Positions 24,789 to 34,934 of a stretch of 39,270 nt of DNA are shown one piece after another. This DNA comes from a virus (taxonomy: Duplodnaviria > Caudoviricetes). Within the stretch, counting starts at the first letter, position 1. Each line of letters begins with the position of its first letter. A program made the position numbers and the translations under genes. The notes below the pieces were generated by a model. That model saw only the letters and a program-made list of their open reading frames with translations, was not told the origin of the DNA and searched no databases. Where the stretch lies: positions 1-39,270 of IMG/VR virus record IMGVR_UViG_3300011337_000487. One strand, given 5' to 3'.

Positions 24789-25117
24789 AACGCAACGTGC
24801 CCATAATCCAACGCTTGCCCGTGGTGCTGGACGACTTCAAAATTGAGTACACCACCAACGCGTTTACGCTGTATCACGTGTACATACCGATCAGTCACCA
24901 TGTACTGTTATCGGTGGTCAACCTCGGGCCAATGTATGCAATGAACCTCGATGTGACCATGGCGACCAATTACGAGGTGATGCTCACGTTCCCACGATTT
25001 AACAAGTTAGTCGATACGCTATGTATGCACATGAAAACCCCGCCGGGTGTTGAGCGGCGGGGGATGACACTAGCACAAGTGAACGCGCTTGCAGAGGAAT
25101 TGCGGGCACTGGTATAG
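24785..25117 (+). CDS. Hypothetical protein
   Basis: 110 aa. Its stop abuts the stop of the convergent tail operon. Confidence 0.6.
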   Translation: MKRNVPIIQRLPVVLDDFKIEYTTNAFTLYHVYIPISHHVLLSVVNLGPMYAMNLDVTMATNYEVMLTFPRFNKLVDTLCMHMKTPPGVERRGMTLAQVNALAEELRALV

Positions 25118-25444
25118 TTACGGCCCCGGCGGCGTTGGCCATGATACCGCACCGTCCCAGCCCTGCGCTTGCACCATCTCCGGTGTATCGCGTAGGGCTT
25201 TACGGTATACCCGCCACTGTGCAACCACGGCAGGCGTTAGTGGCACGTCGGGGAGTTGCGTCCAATCGCACATCATAAGACGGCTATCACGCTCAAACCG
25301 CAGTGCCGCCATGGCTTCGGGGTGAGTATAGGGCTTGTCGATTACCTCGGCGCCTTCGGGTGGCTGCGGGTACTCGGTACCGTAATCGTCATAGTACGAA
25401 ATGCTGATGGTGAAGGGATCGTAGATGCGATTAATTACTAGCAC
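25118..25444 (-). CDS. Tail fibre assembly chaperone-like protein
   Basis: RFERDSRLMMCDWTQLPDVPL...WRVYRKALRD...WPTPP motif. Confidence 0.8.
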   Translation of the reverse strand: MLVINRIYDPFTISISYYDDYGTEYPQPPEGAEVIDKPYTHPEAMAALRFERDSRLMMCDWTQLPDVPLTPAVVAQWRVYRKALRDTPEMVQAQGWDGAVSWPTPPGP

Positions 25445-25905
25445 TATTTAGCTCCTGTCAATTGTACGATATGTAAAAATGGCGATTGTGCATTTTGATT
25501 TATAGTCACGTTCACACTTGGCGTTACCGTCAGCCGTACCACGTCGCCCGTCGTATAGTATCCCATCTGTATATACCCATGCACAAATGCACTCCCAGAC
25601 TGCCCTGCCATGATTGCAGTGAAAACGCCACCCACAGAAATCGAACCAAAAGCGCTGTGGTTGGTTGCAGAGGTGTACACGAGGCTGATTGCGTAGTACC
25701 CATCGGTTGGTATCGTGATGGCTGTACCCGACCAGGTGAAACCCTGGTTTCGTGTTTCGGTTTGCCACGTGATAATGGTGCCTGCCGTGGTAATTGCCAG
25801 CGTCGCCGACCGGGTGAGGGTAAGCGCTGCGCTCGGTATTTCTACGTTCGTTTGTACGTCTACCTGCTTTTGGAGTGACTGAAGCCCGCGGGTCAAACTC
25901 ATCAT
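25444..25905 (-). CDS. Short tail fibre / receptor-binding-like protein (C1q/TNF-like beta fold)
   Basis: Short N-terminal coil, then a beta-rich ITIPTDGYY...GDVV domain. Confidence 0.55.
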   Translation of the reverse strand: MMSLTRGLQSLQKQVDVQTNVEIPSAALTLTRSATLAITTAGTIITWQTETRNQGFTWSGTAITIPTDGYYAISLVYTSATNHSAFGSISVGGVFTAIMAGQSGSAFVHGYIQMGYYTTGDVVRLTVTPSVNVTINQNAQSPFLHIVQLTGAK

Positions 25906-26996
25906 ACAAGCCTCAATTCTGCCCGCTCGGTGACGCCGTTGGCGTTGATGGTGATGTCAATTACATCAAGCCGGGTGGTGTACTGTGTTTTGTTGAAATC
26001 AACCGTAAGGATGTCCCCCACGTTGTAATCGACGCCACGCACAAATTGGGGTGTCTGAATGAGTGCGGCGCTAAAGCTGAACGTCGCCCGATTGGCACGG
26101 GTGAGGTTCAGCGCAGCCGTGTTTACTGCGGCTTGTGACGTTAATTGCGGGTTACTGTAGAAGTACTCTTTGCGATTGTAGAGCGAGGCGGTAATCTCGG
26201 TACTAAAGTTTGTACCGATAAACCGCGCCGACTCTGTACCCGCCCCAGCCGCAATAACGGCGGTATACTCTTGGGTGCGATCATAGGTAAGTTCAACCTG
26301 CTCAACGTTGCGATTTCCTAAACTTAGCACACTCTGCCCACGCCTATCCTGGCCGAAGTACTGCGGGTATGTGTCAAACACCCACGCGCTCCCGTTGCTC
26401 GTTATCTGTCCGACAATCCACGTTCCTGATTGTATACTCGCCTGACTTGCGGTGGTGATTGCCTGTAGCAAGTTGTTACGACTGCAGCTATACGTCAATA
26501 GCACCCCGTCGTTGGCGTTGCCGACCACGGTGAGGTTGTCAATCGCCACGTAGGTATCAACCCCGTCGCGGTTTGCGGCAAACCCACTGGTGAGGTTTGT
26601 GCGTACCAGTATCTTCATCAGATTACCGGCGTAGACGTTTGTGAACGTGCTGTAATTGGCGAGCCCGGCATAGTATGCCACGATGCGCCGTTGGAGCAGG
26701 GATTGCAATGACAACGCCGTAACAGTGATACGGTCATCGGTAATTTTCCAGCCGACCGTGAGGAACTCGGTAGCACCCTCGAGGAGCCCCTGCTGATTGT
26801 TGATTGACCGCCATACCGTCAGGCGATAGTCAACGTTACTTGGATTGAACCAATTAAAGTATGTTACCGCGGTGACCATCTCCATAGCGCCAATACCCCC
26901 ATCACCACGGATGACATACCGGCATGACTCAAAGTCACTCACGAACCCCAGCACGTTCCCGGCACTATCGGCTACTCTTACTGTGTATGTAATCAT
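25902..26996 (-). CDS. Minor tail / baseplate hub protein (ReqiPepy6 Gp37-like)
   Basis: Follows the distal tail protein. Motifs SLLQRRIV, AAGAGTESAR and GVDYNVGDILTV. Confidence 0.7.
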   Translation of the reverse strand: MITYTVRVADSAGNVLGFVSDFESCRYVIRGDGGIGAMEMVTAVTYFNWFNPSNVDYRLTVWRSINNQQGLLEGATEFLTVGWKITDDRITVTALSLQSLLQRRIVAYYAGLANYSTFTNVYAGNLMKILVRTNLTSGFAANRDGVDTYVAIDNLTVVGNANDGVLLTYSCSRNNLLQAITTASQASIQSGTWIVGQITSNGSAWVFDTYPQYFGQDRRGQSVLSLGNRNVEQVELTYDRTQEYTAVIAAGAGTESARFIGTNFSTEITASLYNRKEYFYSNPQLTSQAAVNTAALNLTRANRATFSFSAALIQTPQFVRGVDYNVGDILTVDFNKTQYTTRLDVIDITINANGVTERAELRLV

Positions 26997-29683
26997 GTGG
27001 CGTTAACCCCATCGAATAGTGTGTTATAGGTTTTGCGCCAAAATGCGGCAATGTCGATATTTGCAGTCGTGGCGGTGGTAACATACCAGTACATCAGATA
27101 GTTTTGACCCGGCATGATACGCTGTGAAGTGATGCCCGAGCCGAGGGTATACCGCAATTGATTGCCCATCATATCCGAGGTAATTGTACCGGTGGCGGTA
27201 TTGATTTGTACAAATTCTTTGTAGGTGATGGGCAATTGCTTAAACGATATAACCGTCTGCTGGGTCAGGTTAGCAACCTGATTTAATACAAAATCATATA
27301 CCACGGAATCGTTGTGATAGATTTGCCAAAAAATTGGTGAAAGCGCCGTTCCGTCATTAATAACTGAGGTTACATAGCCAGATGCAAAGTTGTCATTAAT
27401 TACTCCTAGATATAATATATTACCGGGAGTTACGATAGTACTGTAATATCCGTTACCAAGACCTGACGCGGCCATAGGCGCTAGTGATTGACCGTTGTAC
27501 CATACAAGTCCGTTAAAATATCCTGTATACCCGCCGCCGCTGGTAAATGTTCCCGACAATACAAAGCCATTATTGTACGGTTGAATGTCGTAAACAATTC
27601 CATCACTTAGCCCTACATCCAATTGATTCCACACAACCCCGTTAAACGATGCCGCGCGAAGTAGTGCGGTCCCTGCAAATGTTGCAGTAAACGAGCCGCC
27701 AATATATAACGCGTTGTCTACGTCAGATGAATATATTGAGTATACGTAGCCCCCAGCCGATACGTTGACGCCGGTATAAAATGCAACCGTTGTACTAAGT
27801 GCGCTAGCATTGATATAACAAATGCCCGTAAACGCGTTCACAGCACCGGCTTGTGACGTGCTAAACGAACCGCCAATATATAATCTGTCGAGGTTATTAT
27901 TGTATGCCAAGGATAATACGTCGCCGTTCATGCCATTCCCAGTACCTATCTGTAACCACGCACTAGCGGCTTGCGATGCAACGGCCACACGATATACGAG
28001 CGTCCCACTGGTGGCTGCAGTAAATGCACCGCCGATAAACACTTGATAGGCGTACCCGGCGCCGGTTGCAGAAAGCCGCCTTGGTCTGATGGCGATTGCA
28101 TACACTGCCCCGTTGACCCCACCACCAACCCCACCACCAAATGTTGACCATGCACCCGTGGCAATCGTATACTTTGCAATGCGGTTAGTCGTTACAGCGT
28201 TTGCCGTGGTAAACGTTCCGCCCACCCATAAATCGACACCGTCAGGACTTACTGCTAGTGCGTATACGGCCCCGTTTAGCGCGTTAAATGCACCACTTGC
28301 CATTATACTTAGGGTGTTTGTGCTTGGTACATACTTTACAATATATGCAGAGTTGGCCAATCCATTGAATACGGTAAAATCCCCGCCTATAAATATTGTT
28401 CCATCATTTGCCACCGCAAGTGCGCGAGTATTTCCATTGCTCGTAAACAACTGCTGAACATATTTAAATAATGTACTGTCGCTTGTAGTGGTGAAGTCTG
28501 GAATGTAACTTAATGACCCATAACTGTAATTTAAATTTGAAAATGGAACCCGAAACCCTTGAGTGTTACCGTAGAAGAACGGGTCAATCATGTTTATGGT
28601 AATTGACACGCTATACGCAAGGTCATTAGACAGCGGCATGTTGGCCGTGTTCATAATAACACCGCTGAAATACATTGGCTGTCCAATGCTTTCACGACCG
28701 TCTTTAAACTGAAATACAAAATATTTTGGTTGGCGTATAGCAGTTGTATCACGGCCAAAGTACTGTAGAAACGTACTTACTTTACGCGCTAGTGACGTTT
28801 TGTCGGTACTCGATATACGCCCTATAAATGTGATTTGCCGGGGCGGTATGAGTATGTCTTGAAGTGATGCGCCATCAGTGCCGTTAAAGCTCACTATTTG
28901 ATTATTATGGGCTGGGTTATCGGCTCCAATAACGCCTACAATCGTAAATCCTAATTTGTTTTGCAAATCAACAAGATCGCCTCCATTAGCAGCCCCAACG
29001 CTTCGTGCTGATGTACTTGCATGAGCTTTACCTTGCCACGTATACTGTGGACTTGTTACCTGCGAATTACTAACGGTTCCAATGGTTGAACCGTCAAAAT
29101 ATGTGGTTGCGCCTTGATTTGGCGGTATATTTGAACCACTAACATCAACTGTTTGTTCAATCTGCACCGCATCAATTACAACGGTATTTGATGTATTTGT
29201 AGTTATACGAAATGTACAATTTTTTGTACCAATAGCTGAAGGAACATAAAAGTTTAATATTATTCTTGACCAATTATTGGTGATTGGTTGTGTTATTTTT
29301 GCTACTGATACACCTATGGTGGTAAAAACTTCGATTGTAATTGTGTATGAAAGGTTCCCGCCTAGCTTTTTTGTAACATAGCCATAAAATGAAATTGCAT
29401 AATAACCCCTTGATTGAATAGGAAACGGTGTTGTTGTGCCATAATCCAAGTAAACCGAAGAAGTGGCAGACCAAGACAACGACCATGCCCCCGCCCAAGG
29501 ATTGTTAGCACGAACAATTGAACTTGATGATGACCAATTATCGGTATTAGTTTCAAAGCTTGGATTAGTGCATAGATTAGTAGACGCCCTCGGCGAGATA
29601 ACCCACAACGTCCCGTCGCACTCATTGAGCGGCGATTGCGTAGCCGATGCGTCGGGTAATTGATTGAACTGTGGTAGCGTCAT
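26993..29683 (-). CDS. Distal tail protein with a carbohydrate-binding-like module and a beta-propeller insertion
   Basis: Follows the tape measure gene. NLCTNPSFE CBM-like start, DPFFYG Dit-like motif, repeated 'vyala...lyiGGsF' blades and a C-terminal PGQN. Confidence 0.7.
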   Translation of the reverse strand: MTLPQFNQLPDASATQSPLNECDGTLWVISPRASTNLCTNPSFETNTDNWSSSSSIVRANNPWAGAWSLSWSATSSVYLDYGTTTPFPIQSRGYYAISFYGYVTKKLGGNLSYTITIEVFTTIGVSVAKITQPITNNWSRIILNFYVPSAIGTKNCTFRITTNTSNTVVIDAVQIEQTVDVSGSNIPPNQGATTYFDGSTIGTVSNSQVTSPQYTWQGKAHASTSARSVGAANGGDLVDLQNKLGFTIVGVIGADNPAHNNQIVSFNGTDGASLQDILIPPRQITFIGRISSTDKTSLARKVSTFLQYFGRDTTAIRQPKYFVFQFKDGRESIGQPMYFSGVIMNTANMPLSNDLAYSVSITINMIDPFFYGNTQGFRVPFSNLNYSYGSLSYIPDFTTTSDSTLFKYVQQLFTSNGNTRALAVANDGTIFIGGDFTVFNGLANSAYIVKYVPSTNTLSIMASGAFNALNGAVYALAVSPDGVDLWVGGTFTTANAVTTNRIAKYTIATGAWSTFGGGVGGGVNGAVYAIAIRPRRLSATGAGYAYQVFIGGAFTAATSGTLVYRVAVASQAASAWLQIGTGNGMNGDVLSLAYNNNLDRLYIGGSFSTSQAGAVNAFTGICYINASALSTTVAFYTGVNVSAGGYVYSIYSSDVDNALYIGGSFTATFAGTALLRAASFNGVVWNQLDVGLSDGIVYDIQPYNNGFVLSGTFTSGGGYTGYFNGLVWYNGQSLAPMAASGLGNGYYSTIVTPGNILYLGVINDNFASGYVTSVINDGTALSPIFWQIYHNDSVVYDFVLNQVANLTQQTVISFKQLPITYKEFVQINTATGTITSDMMGNQLRYTLGSGITSQRIMPGQNYLMYWYVTTATTANIDIAAFWRKTYNTLFDGVNAT

Positions 29684-32574
29684 GATGCAAGCGCCCCCAT
29701 AATAGCAAATGATTGTATTGTGTCACTAGCTGATGCCGTGGTACTAACCCCGAGGTTGTACGCCGTGGCGTTGCTGTTATTATAGATGTTTGTCACCATG
29801 CCACGGGTTGCGCCAAATGCGGCGGCGTTTGCGGTGGCGCTAATTGAATTCGATAGCTCATTAGCCGCTTGTGTAACCGCCGTGGTCTTGACGGTTTTGG
29901 GCTCTTCCGGTTTGGGCTCTTCCGGTTTGGGCTCTTCCTTTTTGACCTCAACTTTTAACCCGGCGAGAAACGAATCAATAATCGACTTACCCAAGTTATT
30001 CATCCACTCGATGATGAGATTGACGTTTGCTTTTAGGCCGTCAAGTATACCGGTCGTCACTGACTTGCCCACCGTATTGCCGTCCCAGATACTTGCAAAT
30101 GACTTCTTAAGCGTTGCCCACGTGGTATCGAGCCACTTGGTGAAATCCTCCGGAAACTTTGCCAGCGCTGTTTTGGTGTCGGCCCACGCGTTCTCCCACA
30201 TCTTGACCACCCTTGCCCACCCATCAGCAAACCCCTTGGCGATGCTGTCGCCGGTGGTTTTAAGCCACTTGTCGAGGTCGTTGCCGAGGTTCGTCAGTGC
30301 CTTATCAATCAGCGGGCCCGCATCGTTGAATATAAACAGCACCGCGTCCCACGACAGCTGGAACGACAATACAATGAGGTCGTATATCGTGCGGAGCGCC
30401 CGCCCGATGTTGAACGCAAAGTTGATAAAGTACTGGGCAACCAGTGTCCAAAAATTATCTAGCACGTACATCACGCCCGATACAATGTTATTCCACGTGC
30501 CGATGATGGTTTCTTTGATGCCCATAATCCATACACCAACCGAGATAATGATCGGTTCGATTGCGGTCATGATGATGGTGCCGATTGCATCCCACACCCC
30601 AGCAAACCACACTACTAGCGCGTCCCACTGCTGATAAAAGTACACATCAAACCCGTCGAAGATTGCGGTAATGGCTGCCATGTGCGTATTGATAATACCG
30701 GGTATTTTACCCATATCATTAGTAAATACTGCGTTGAGTACCTCTATAATCCCTGCCACGGCCTCATACATCACTTGAAACGCCGTTACAAGGGTAACAA
30801 GTACAAACTTAATTGCCGGCGCCTGAAGGATTACGCGCAATCCCTTAATCAAATCAGCGACTACGCGCACAAGGCCAACCAACGTAAATCGTATTGCCTC
30901 AGAGATGAGCTTAAACGTACTCACGAGCGCGTCACCGCCATCAGTGCCAGCAATCCCCAAGACGTCCCCAAGGTCGGCAAAGATAGTTGACAGTTCGCCC
31001 CACATCTCCATGCCGATTTTTTGCACGTCATCAAACGCCACAATCAGCGGTTGCACTGCTTCGATGAGCCCCGGCGGTATGATGTCGTTGAGTGTCTTTT
31101 TGTCATCAAACAGCGTCAGGAACGATGACGCCAACTCATTCACGTAGGTATAAAACTGTTCGATGTACGGTAAGATATACGTCCCCAGCGTGATTTGAAT
31201 TGCCTCAAGTGTGCCCTCAAAATTGTCACTCGCAAACGTGGCGCCCTTCATGGCGGCGTCATATTGCTTTTGTACGCCGTTGGCTTTTTCCATTTTTTTC
31301 GCAAACTCATCCATGCCCGCCGTGCCGAGGTCGGCAAGTTTTACCGCCGCCTGCATGGCGTCATTACCAAATATTTGCTGAAGCGCTTGCCCTCGTTGTT
31401 CATTCGTCAGGTTTTTGAGGCTATCGCCAAGGATGCCCGATATTTCGGCCATGCTTTTGAGATTGCCTTGCGCATCATAAAACGCACTCGACCCGAAGTT
31501 AGTAGTGATTGACTTCGTAATTTCGGCTTTACTCAACCCTTCGGATTCTTTGAGGTATTTGGCAACTTGCTCGGTGAGCGTTGCCATATCCGTACCCAGT
31601 GGCTTGATGCCCTGATCGGTAAGAAATGTCATCATCTTTGACGTGTTCAGGCTAAACAACCCGAGCCGCGTCATCGTTTCCTGTGCTTCTTTGGTGGTAG
31701 GACTTAGTCGTACAAGAAAGTTTTTGAACCCGGTGCCCGCTTCGGCGCTTGACCCGAATGCGCTCGATATGGCGCCCATGGTCATAACAAAGTCTTTATA
31801 CGTGAGTCCTACCGCCTTTGCCGTACCACCCGCCTGGAGCAACCCACCCGACAACCCCGCCACGTCAGTAGTGGAGGTATTGGCAACCTGGGTCATGATG
31901 TCCATAGCTTCGGCGGCAAACTTGGCTTGCTCTGCAGCCGACGCACCCGCAGGCACAAACGAGCCTACCTGCTTTGCTACCAAGTCGGCAGCCGTTGCAA
32001 GCTCAAGATTTGCCCCGAGTGCAAATTGCAATGTATCGGTATAAGTGCCAGCGGCAAGCGTGGCGGGGTCAAATCCGCCCTTGAGAAGGTTTGCATATGC
32101 GTCGGCGGCGTCATTGGTTGATATGGGTAACTCTTTACCCACTTTGATGATAAGCTTACGGATTTTGTCTTCGTTTTTAGCGACTTCTTCGCCACCAACC
32201 GCTAATATTTGATTGAATTTTGCTTGAAAATCGCCCGCAAGTTTTGGCGCATCGGTGGCAAACTTCAGGATTGCGCCCCCGGCCTCCATCATTTTTTGCG
32301 TAGCAAATCCACCAACCTGCCGAAGTGCACCCGTCCATACTTCTTGAAATAATCCCGCTTTGCCCTGCGCTTGGGCGGCGTGTTTAGATAGATTGTCGAT
32401 TGCTTTACCGGTATTATCAATACCGGTAGTCGGGATGTTATTGATTTTGTTTGCGGCGTTTGCTGTGGAAGTGGCAAAGTCAGTCATTGCTTGGTTTGAT
32501 TCATTTATCTGACTAAGCCACTTGGTCACCCCTTCGGCGACCAGCATAACGCCGGCTTTTGGTAAATTTGTCAT
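29680..32574 (-). CDS. Tape measure protein
   Basis: 964 aa helical protein with a TP901-type core (AEAGTGFKNFL...IFGNDAM) and Trp/Phe-periodic repeats. Follows the tail chaperones. Confidence 0.92.
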   Translation of the reverse strand: MTNLPKAGVMLVAEGVTKWLSQINESNQAMTDFATSTANAANKINNIPTTGIDNTGKAIDNLSKHAAQAQGKAGLFQEVWTGALRQVGGFATQKMMEAGGAILKFATDAPKLAGDFQAKFNQILAVGGEEVAKNEDKIRKLIIKVGKELPISTNDAADAYANLLKGGFDPATLAAGTYTDTLQFALGANLELATAADLVAKQVGSFVPAGASAAEQAKFAAEAMDIMTQVANTSTTDVAGLSGGLLQAGGTAKAVGLTYKDFVMTMGAISSAFGSSAEAGTGFKNFLVRLSPTTKEAQETMTRLGLFSLNTSKMMTFLTDQGIKPLGTDMATLTEQVAKYLKESEGLSKAEITKSITTNFGSSAFYDAQGNLKSMAEISGILGDSLKNLTNEQRGQALQQIFGNDAMQAAVKLADLGTAGMDEFAKKMEKANGVQKQYDAAMKGATFASDNFEGTLEAIQITLGTYILPYIEQFYTYVNELASSFLTLFDDKKTLNDIIPPGLIEAVQPLIVAFDDVQKIGMEMWGELSTIFADLGDVLGIAGTDGGDALVSTFKLISEAIRFTLVGLVRVVADLIKGLRVILQAPAIKFVLVTLVTAFQVMYEAVAGIIEVLNAVFTNDMGKIPGIINTHMAAITAIFDGFDVYFYQQWDALVVWFAGVWDAIGTIIMTAIEPIIISVGVWIMGIKETIIGTWNNIVSGVMYVLDNFWTLVAQYFINFAFNIGRALRTIYDLIVLSFQLSWDAVLFIFNDAGPLIDKALTNLGNDLDKWLKTTGDSIAKGFADGWARVVKMWENAWADTKTALAKFPEDFTKWLDTTWATLKKSFASIWDGNTVGKSVTTGILDGLKANVNLIIEWMNNLGKSIIDSFLAGLKVEVKKEEPKPEEPKPEEPKTVKTTAVTQAANELSNSISATANAAAFGATRGMVTNIYNNSNATAYNLGVSTTASASDTIQSFAIMGALAS
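29896..29938. repeat. 15-bp tandem repeat x3 (EEPKP)
   Basis: TTTGGGCTCTTCC(GG) x3 in the 3' end of the tape measure gene. Confidence 0.9.
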
Positions 32575-32586
32575 GCTGGCCCCTGC

Positions 32587-32812
32587 CTACTTCTTTCGGT
32601 TCGCTTCGTGGTTATAGATAGCCTCGAGCCGGTGAATGATTTCATAGTGCGCTACCGTATCGGCCTGATCTTCCTCATCGAGGTCACAAAATTGCATCCA
32701 TGTAAGGTTTGCCCAGCGTGCTGCTTCGCGACAATGCAATTCATACGAGTACTCTGTTTGCCCAGCGGGGAGCTTGATCCGCTCAATCGGCCGACGTTTG
32801 TACTTCGCCTGA
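32587..32812 (-). CDS. Tail assembly chaperone, frameshift extension (gpT-like)
   Basis: Open frame FQAKYKRR...EAARWANLTW...EANRKK between the chaperone and tape measure genes, with no convincing SD or start of its own. It is in the +1 frame relative to the upstream gene. Confidence 0.65.
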
Positions 32813-33310
32813 AAACAGGTTGCGGCGCAAGGCCACCATCTCCTGACTCGGCAGCGACTTGCCGAACACTTCAAACATCAACGTAGCCATATCATCTTGG
32901 GCTTGTGCCACGATGTACGCAAGCGTGAACGCCATAACACCATCGGGTACTGTCAACCCCATCGCCTTGTACGCCGCCTGAACCTCGCGCCCTTCCTCGA
33001 GGTACGGTTTAAGTACCTCATTCGACACAACCCCGATTTGGGCAATAGCCTCGCTCATGAGGTCGGTAAACGTTTGGGCAACGATTGAGTTCCATTCCTC
33101 CACACGCTCAACGTATGCCGGGTCGTTAATTACTTCAATTTCGGCGGTGATGTTGGGACCGGTCTGTACCGTTTGAATGGGCGGCTTGGGCTTCGTGTCA
33201 GCGTTGATTTGCTCGGCGCGTACCTTCAGTGACTTCATTACTCCGGCGGGTTGGCGTCGGATGGTTAGCGTGATACCAGATACCGGTAACGTGATTTCGG
33301 CGTGTTTCAT
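32783..33310 (-). CDS. Tail assembly chaperone (gpG-like)
   Basis: 175 aa, located between the putative major tail and tape measure genes. SD AAGGAG. Confidence 0.7.
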   Translation of the reverse strand: MKHAEITLPVSGITLTIRRQPAGVMKSLKVRAEQINADTKPKPPIQTVQTGPNITAEIEVINDPAYVERVEEWNSIVAQTFTDLMSEAIAQIGVVSNEVLKPYLEEGREVQAAYKAMGLTVPDGVMAFTLAYIVAQAQDDMATLMFEVFGKSLPSQEMVALRRNLFSGEVQTSAD

Positions 33311-33340
33311 ATCGGCTCCTTAAAATATAGCTCCGTGGTA

Positions 33341-33394
33341 CTGCTAGGAAGCGCGGGAGCATCGCGTTTTCGGGCCGTCGCCCTATCCTAGCAG
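33341..33394 (-). ncRNA. Candidate cis-regulatory three-way-junction RNA
   Basis: CUGCUAGGA/UCCUAGCAG stem enclosing GGGC(GACG)GCCC, GAAA and CGCG(AUGCUCC)CGCG. Confidence 0.55.
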
Positions 33395-33404
33395 GTGAGT
33401 GCGG

Positions 33405-34922
33405 TTATTTGATGGTTGGGCCTGCGGTGAGCAAAATGCCGTCGGCACCACCGGTCACAAGCCCGCCAATCGAGATGTAATTCGCGGCAATGCTGGGTTC
33501 GGCGTACTTCGGCACGGCAAGCCGGCTGATTGATTGGAACGTGGGCCAATTGAGCAACCGGGGTGATCCGCTGGCGTTGTTAATCCACGTGTTGCCACCG
33601 TCAAGCGTGGTCACGAGGTAGGCCACATTGCTGATAGTTTGCCCAATCCAGATAACCTCACGAGTGGCAATCTGAATGTCATTGATCGCCCCGGTGCCGG
33701 CGTTTTGGAACGCAAGCGTTGTCCACGATGCGCCCCGAGTGGTGGTCTTGTACACGTTGCCGTTGTTCCCGCCGACGTACCATGTGTACTCATCCATCGC
33801 CGCCACGGCGTGCAAAATGGTTGAGGCGGGCACGGTGGCGTTAACCCAGCCGTTACCGTTGCTATTCGAGAAACGCACCACCCCAGCAGCGCCCGTAGCA
33901 ATGATGGTGTCATTAACCCCGGTAATGCGATGCAACGACGCACCCGCACCCGCATCAATCGACGTGGGGGCAATGGTGACGTCATTGGCGCGCCAAATAG
34001 CGCCCGATGATACATACCAAATCGAGGTGGGGGATTGTACGTATACATCAACCATAGCGGCCGGCATGGTGATTGTCTGCCACGTGGTGGGGGCGCCGGT
34101 GTTTTCGTCTAGTACCGTGTAGAACACGCTTGTACCAGCGGCGAGGAATAGCACGTTACCGGCAATGTCAATAAAGGTGGGTTGGTTGGTGGTGCCGATA
34201 CCAGTAACGGTTGAGGTTGACCACGTCACGCCGCCATTGAGTGTATACACGACTTGCCCGGGTGCCGATGGCGATCCCACGTTGGCACGGGTTACCGCAT
34301 AGATGAATTGCGAGCCGTCGTTTTCGGTGCCACAGTTGGCGCACTGCACATTCGTGCCGTACACAATGTCAATGACTTCCACTACGACCTCGGTAGTGGC
34401 TTCCTCGCCAAACCCTAACGAGCCGACGGGGTACGCCGCAATGCCGGTAGCGCTGACGCCATCAGCCAACATTTCGTCGCTGGTGGGATTACTGCGGGCG
34501 CCCATGTCTACGGTATCAACGAACTTGAAGCCGCTATAAATCATCATGTAGCCTTCCCAGCCTCGGTTAAAGTCTGAGATGTCGCTACAACGGCCGTGTA
34601 CTTCGTAGAGATTGAATTCACACTTGGGCGCCATGAGGATGCGCGGAATCCCACCCCATGACTCCATAAATTGGATTTTGATTTGTGGCAATGCGGGGGC
34701 TGCAACCTTGCGCCCTACCAGCTTGTACCGGCCGGGTTGGCGTGGGTCGGGGATAAAGATGGGGTCGATTGCGCCGTTCGTGGGGATGGTTGCCGAATCG
34801 AGAAAGTGATACTCCGTATCAAGCCCGAAAAAGTATGCAGGGGTACCAGGGCCGCCGGGTTGGTAAAACGTGCGTGTATTACCCTGTTTTAGCAGTTCAT
34901 TTGCATCTAATGGGTTAGCCAT
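33405..34922 (-). CDS. Putative major tail protein with a C-terminal BNR/Asp-box beta-propeller
   Basis: Located just before the chaperone and tape measure genes. Asp-box-like repeats TLNGGVTW, SNSNGNGW, TTTRGASW and TLDGGNTW. Confidence 0.6.
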   Translation of the reverse strand: MANPLDANELLKQGNTRTFYQPGGPGTPAYFFGLDTEYHFLDSATIPTNGAIDPIFIPDPRQPGRYKLVGRKVAAPALPQIKIQFMESWGGIPRILMAPKCEFNLYEVHGRCSDISDFNRGWEGYMMIYSGFKFVDTVDMGARSNPTSDEMLADGVSATGIAAYPVGSLGFGEEATTEVVVEVIDIVYGTNVQCANCGTENDGSQFIYAVTRANVGSPSAPGQVVYTLNGGVTWSTSTVTGIGTTNQPTFIDIAGNVLFLAAGTSVFYTVLDENTGAPTTWQTITMPAAMVDVYVQSPTSIWYVSSGAIWRANDVTIAPTSIDAGAGASLHRITGVNDTIIATGAAGVVRFSNSNGNGWVNATVPASTILHAVAAMDEYTWYVGGNNGNVYKTTTRGASWTTLAFQNAGTGAINDIQIATREVIWIGQTISNVAYLVTTLDGGNTWINNASGSPRLLNWPTFQSISRLAVPKYAEPSIAANYISIGGLVTGGADGILLTAGPTIK

Positions 34923-34934
34923 TGGTGCGCTCTC

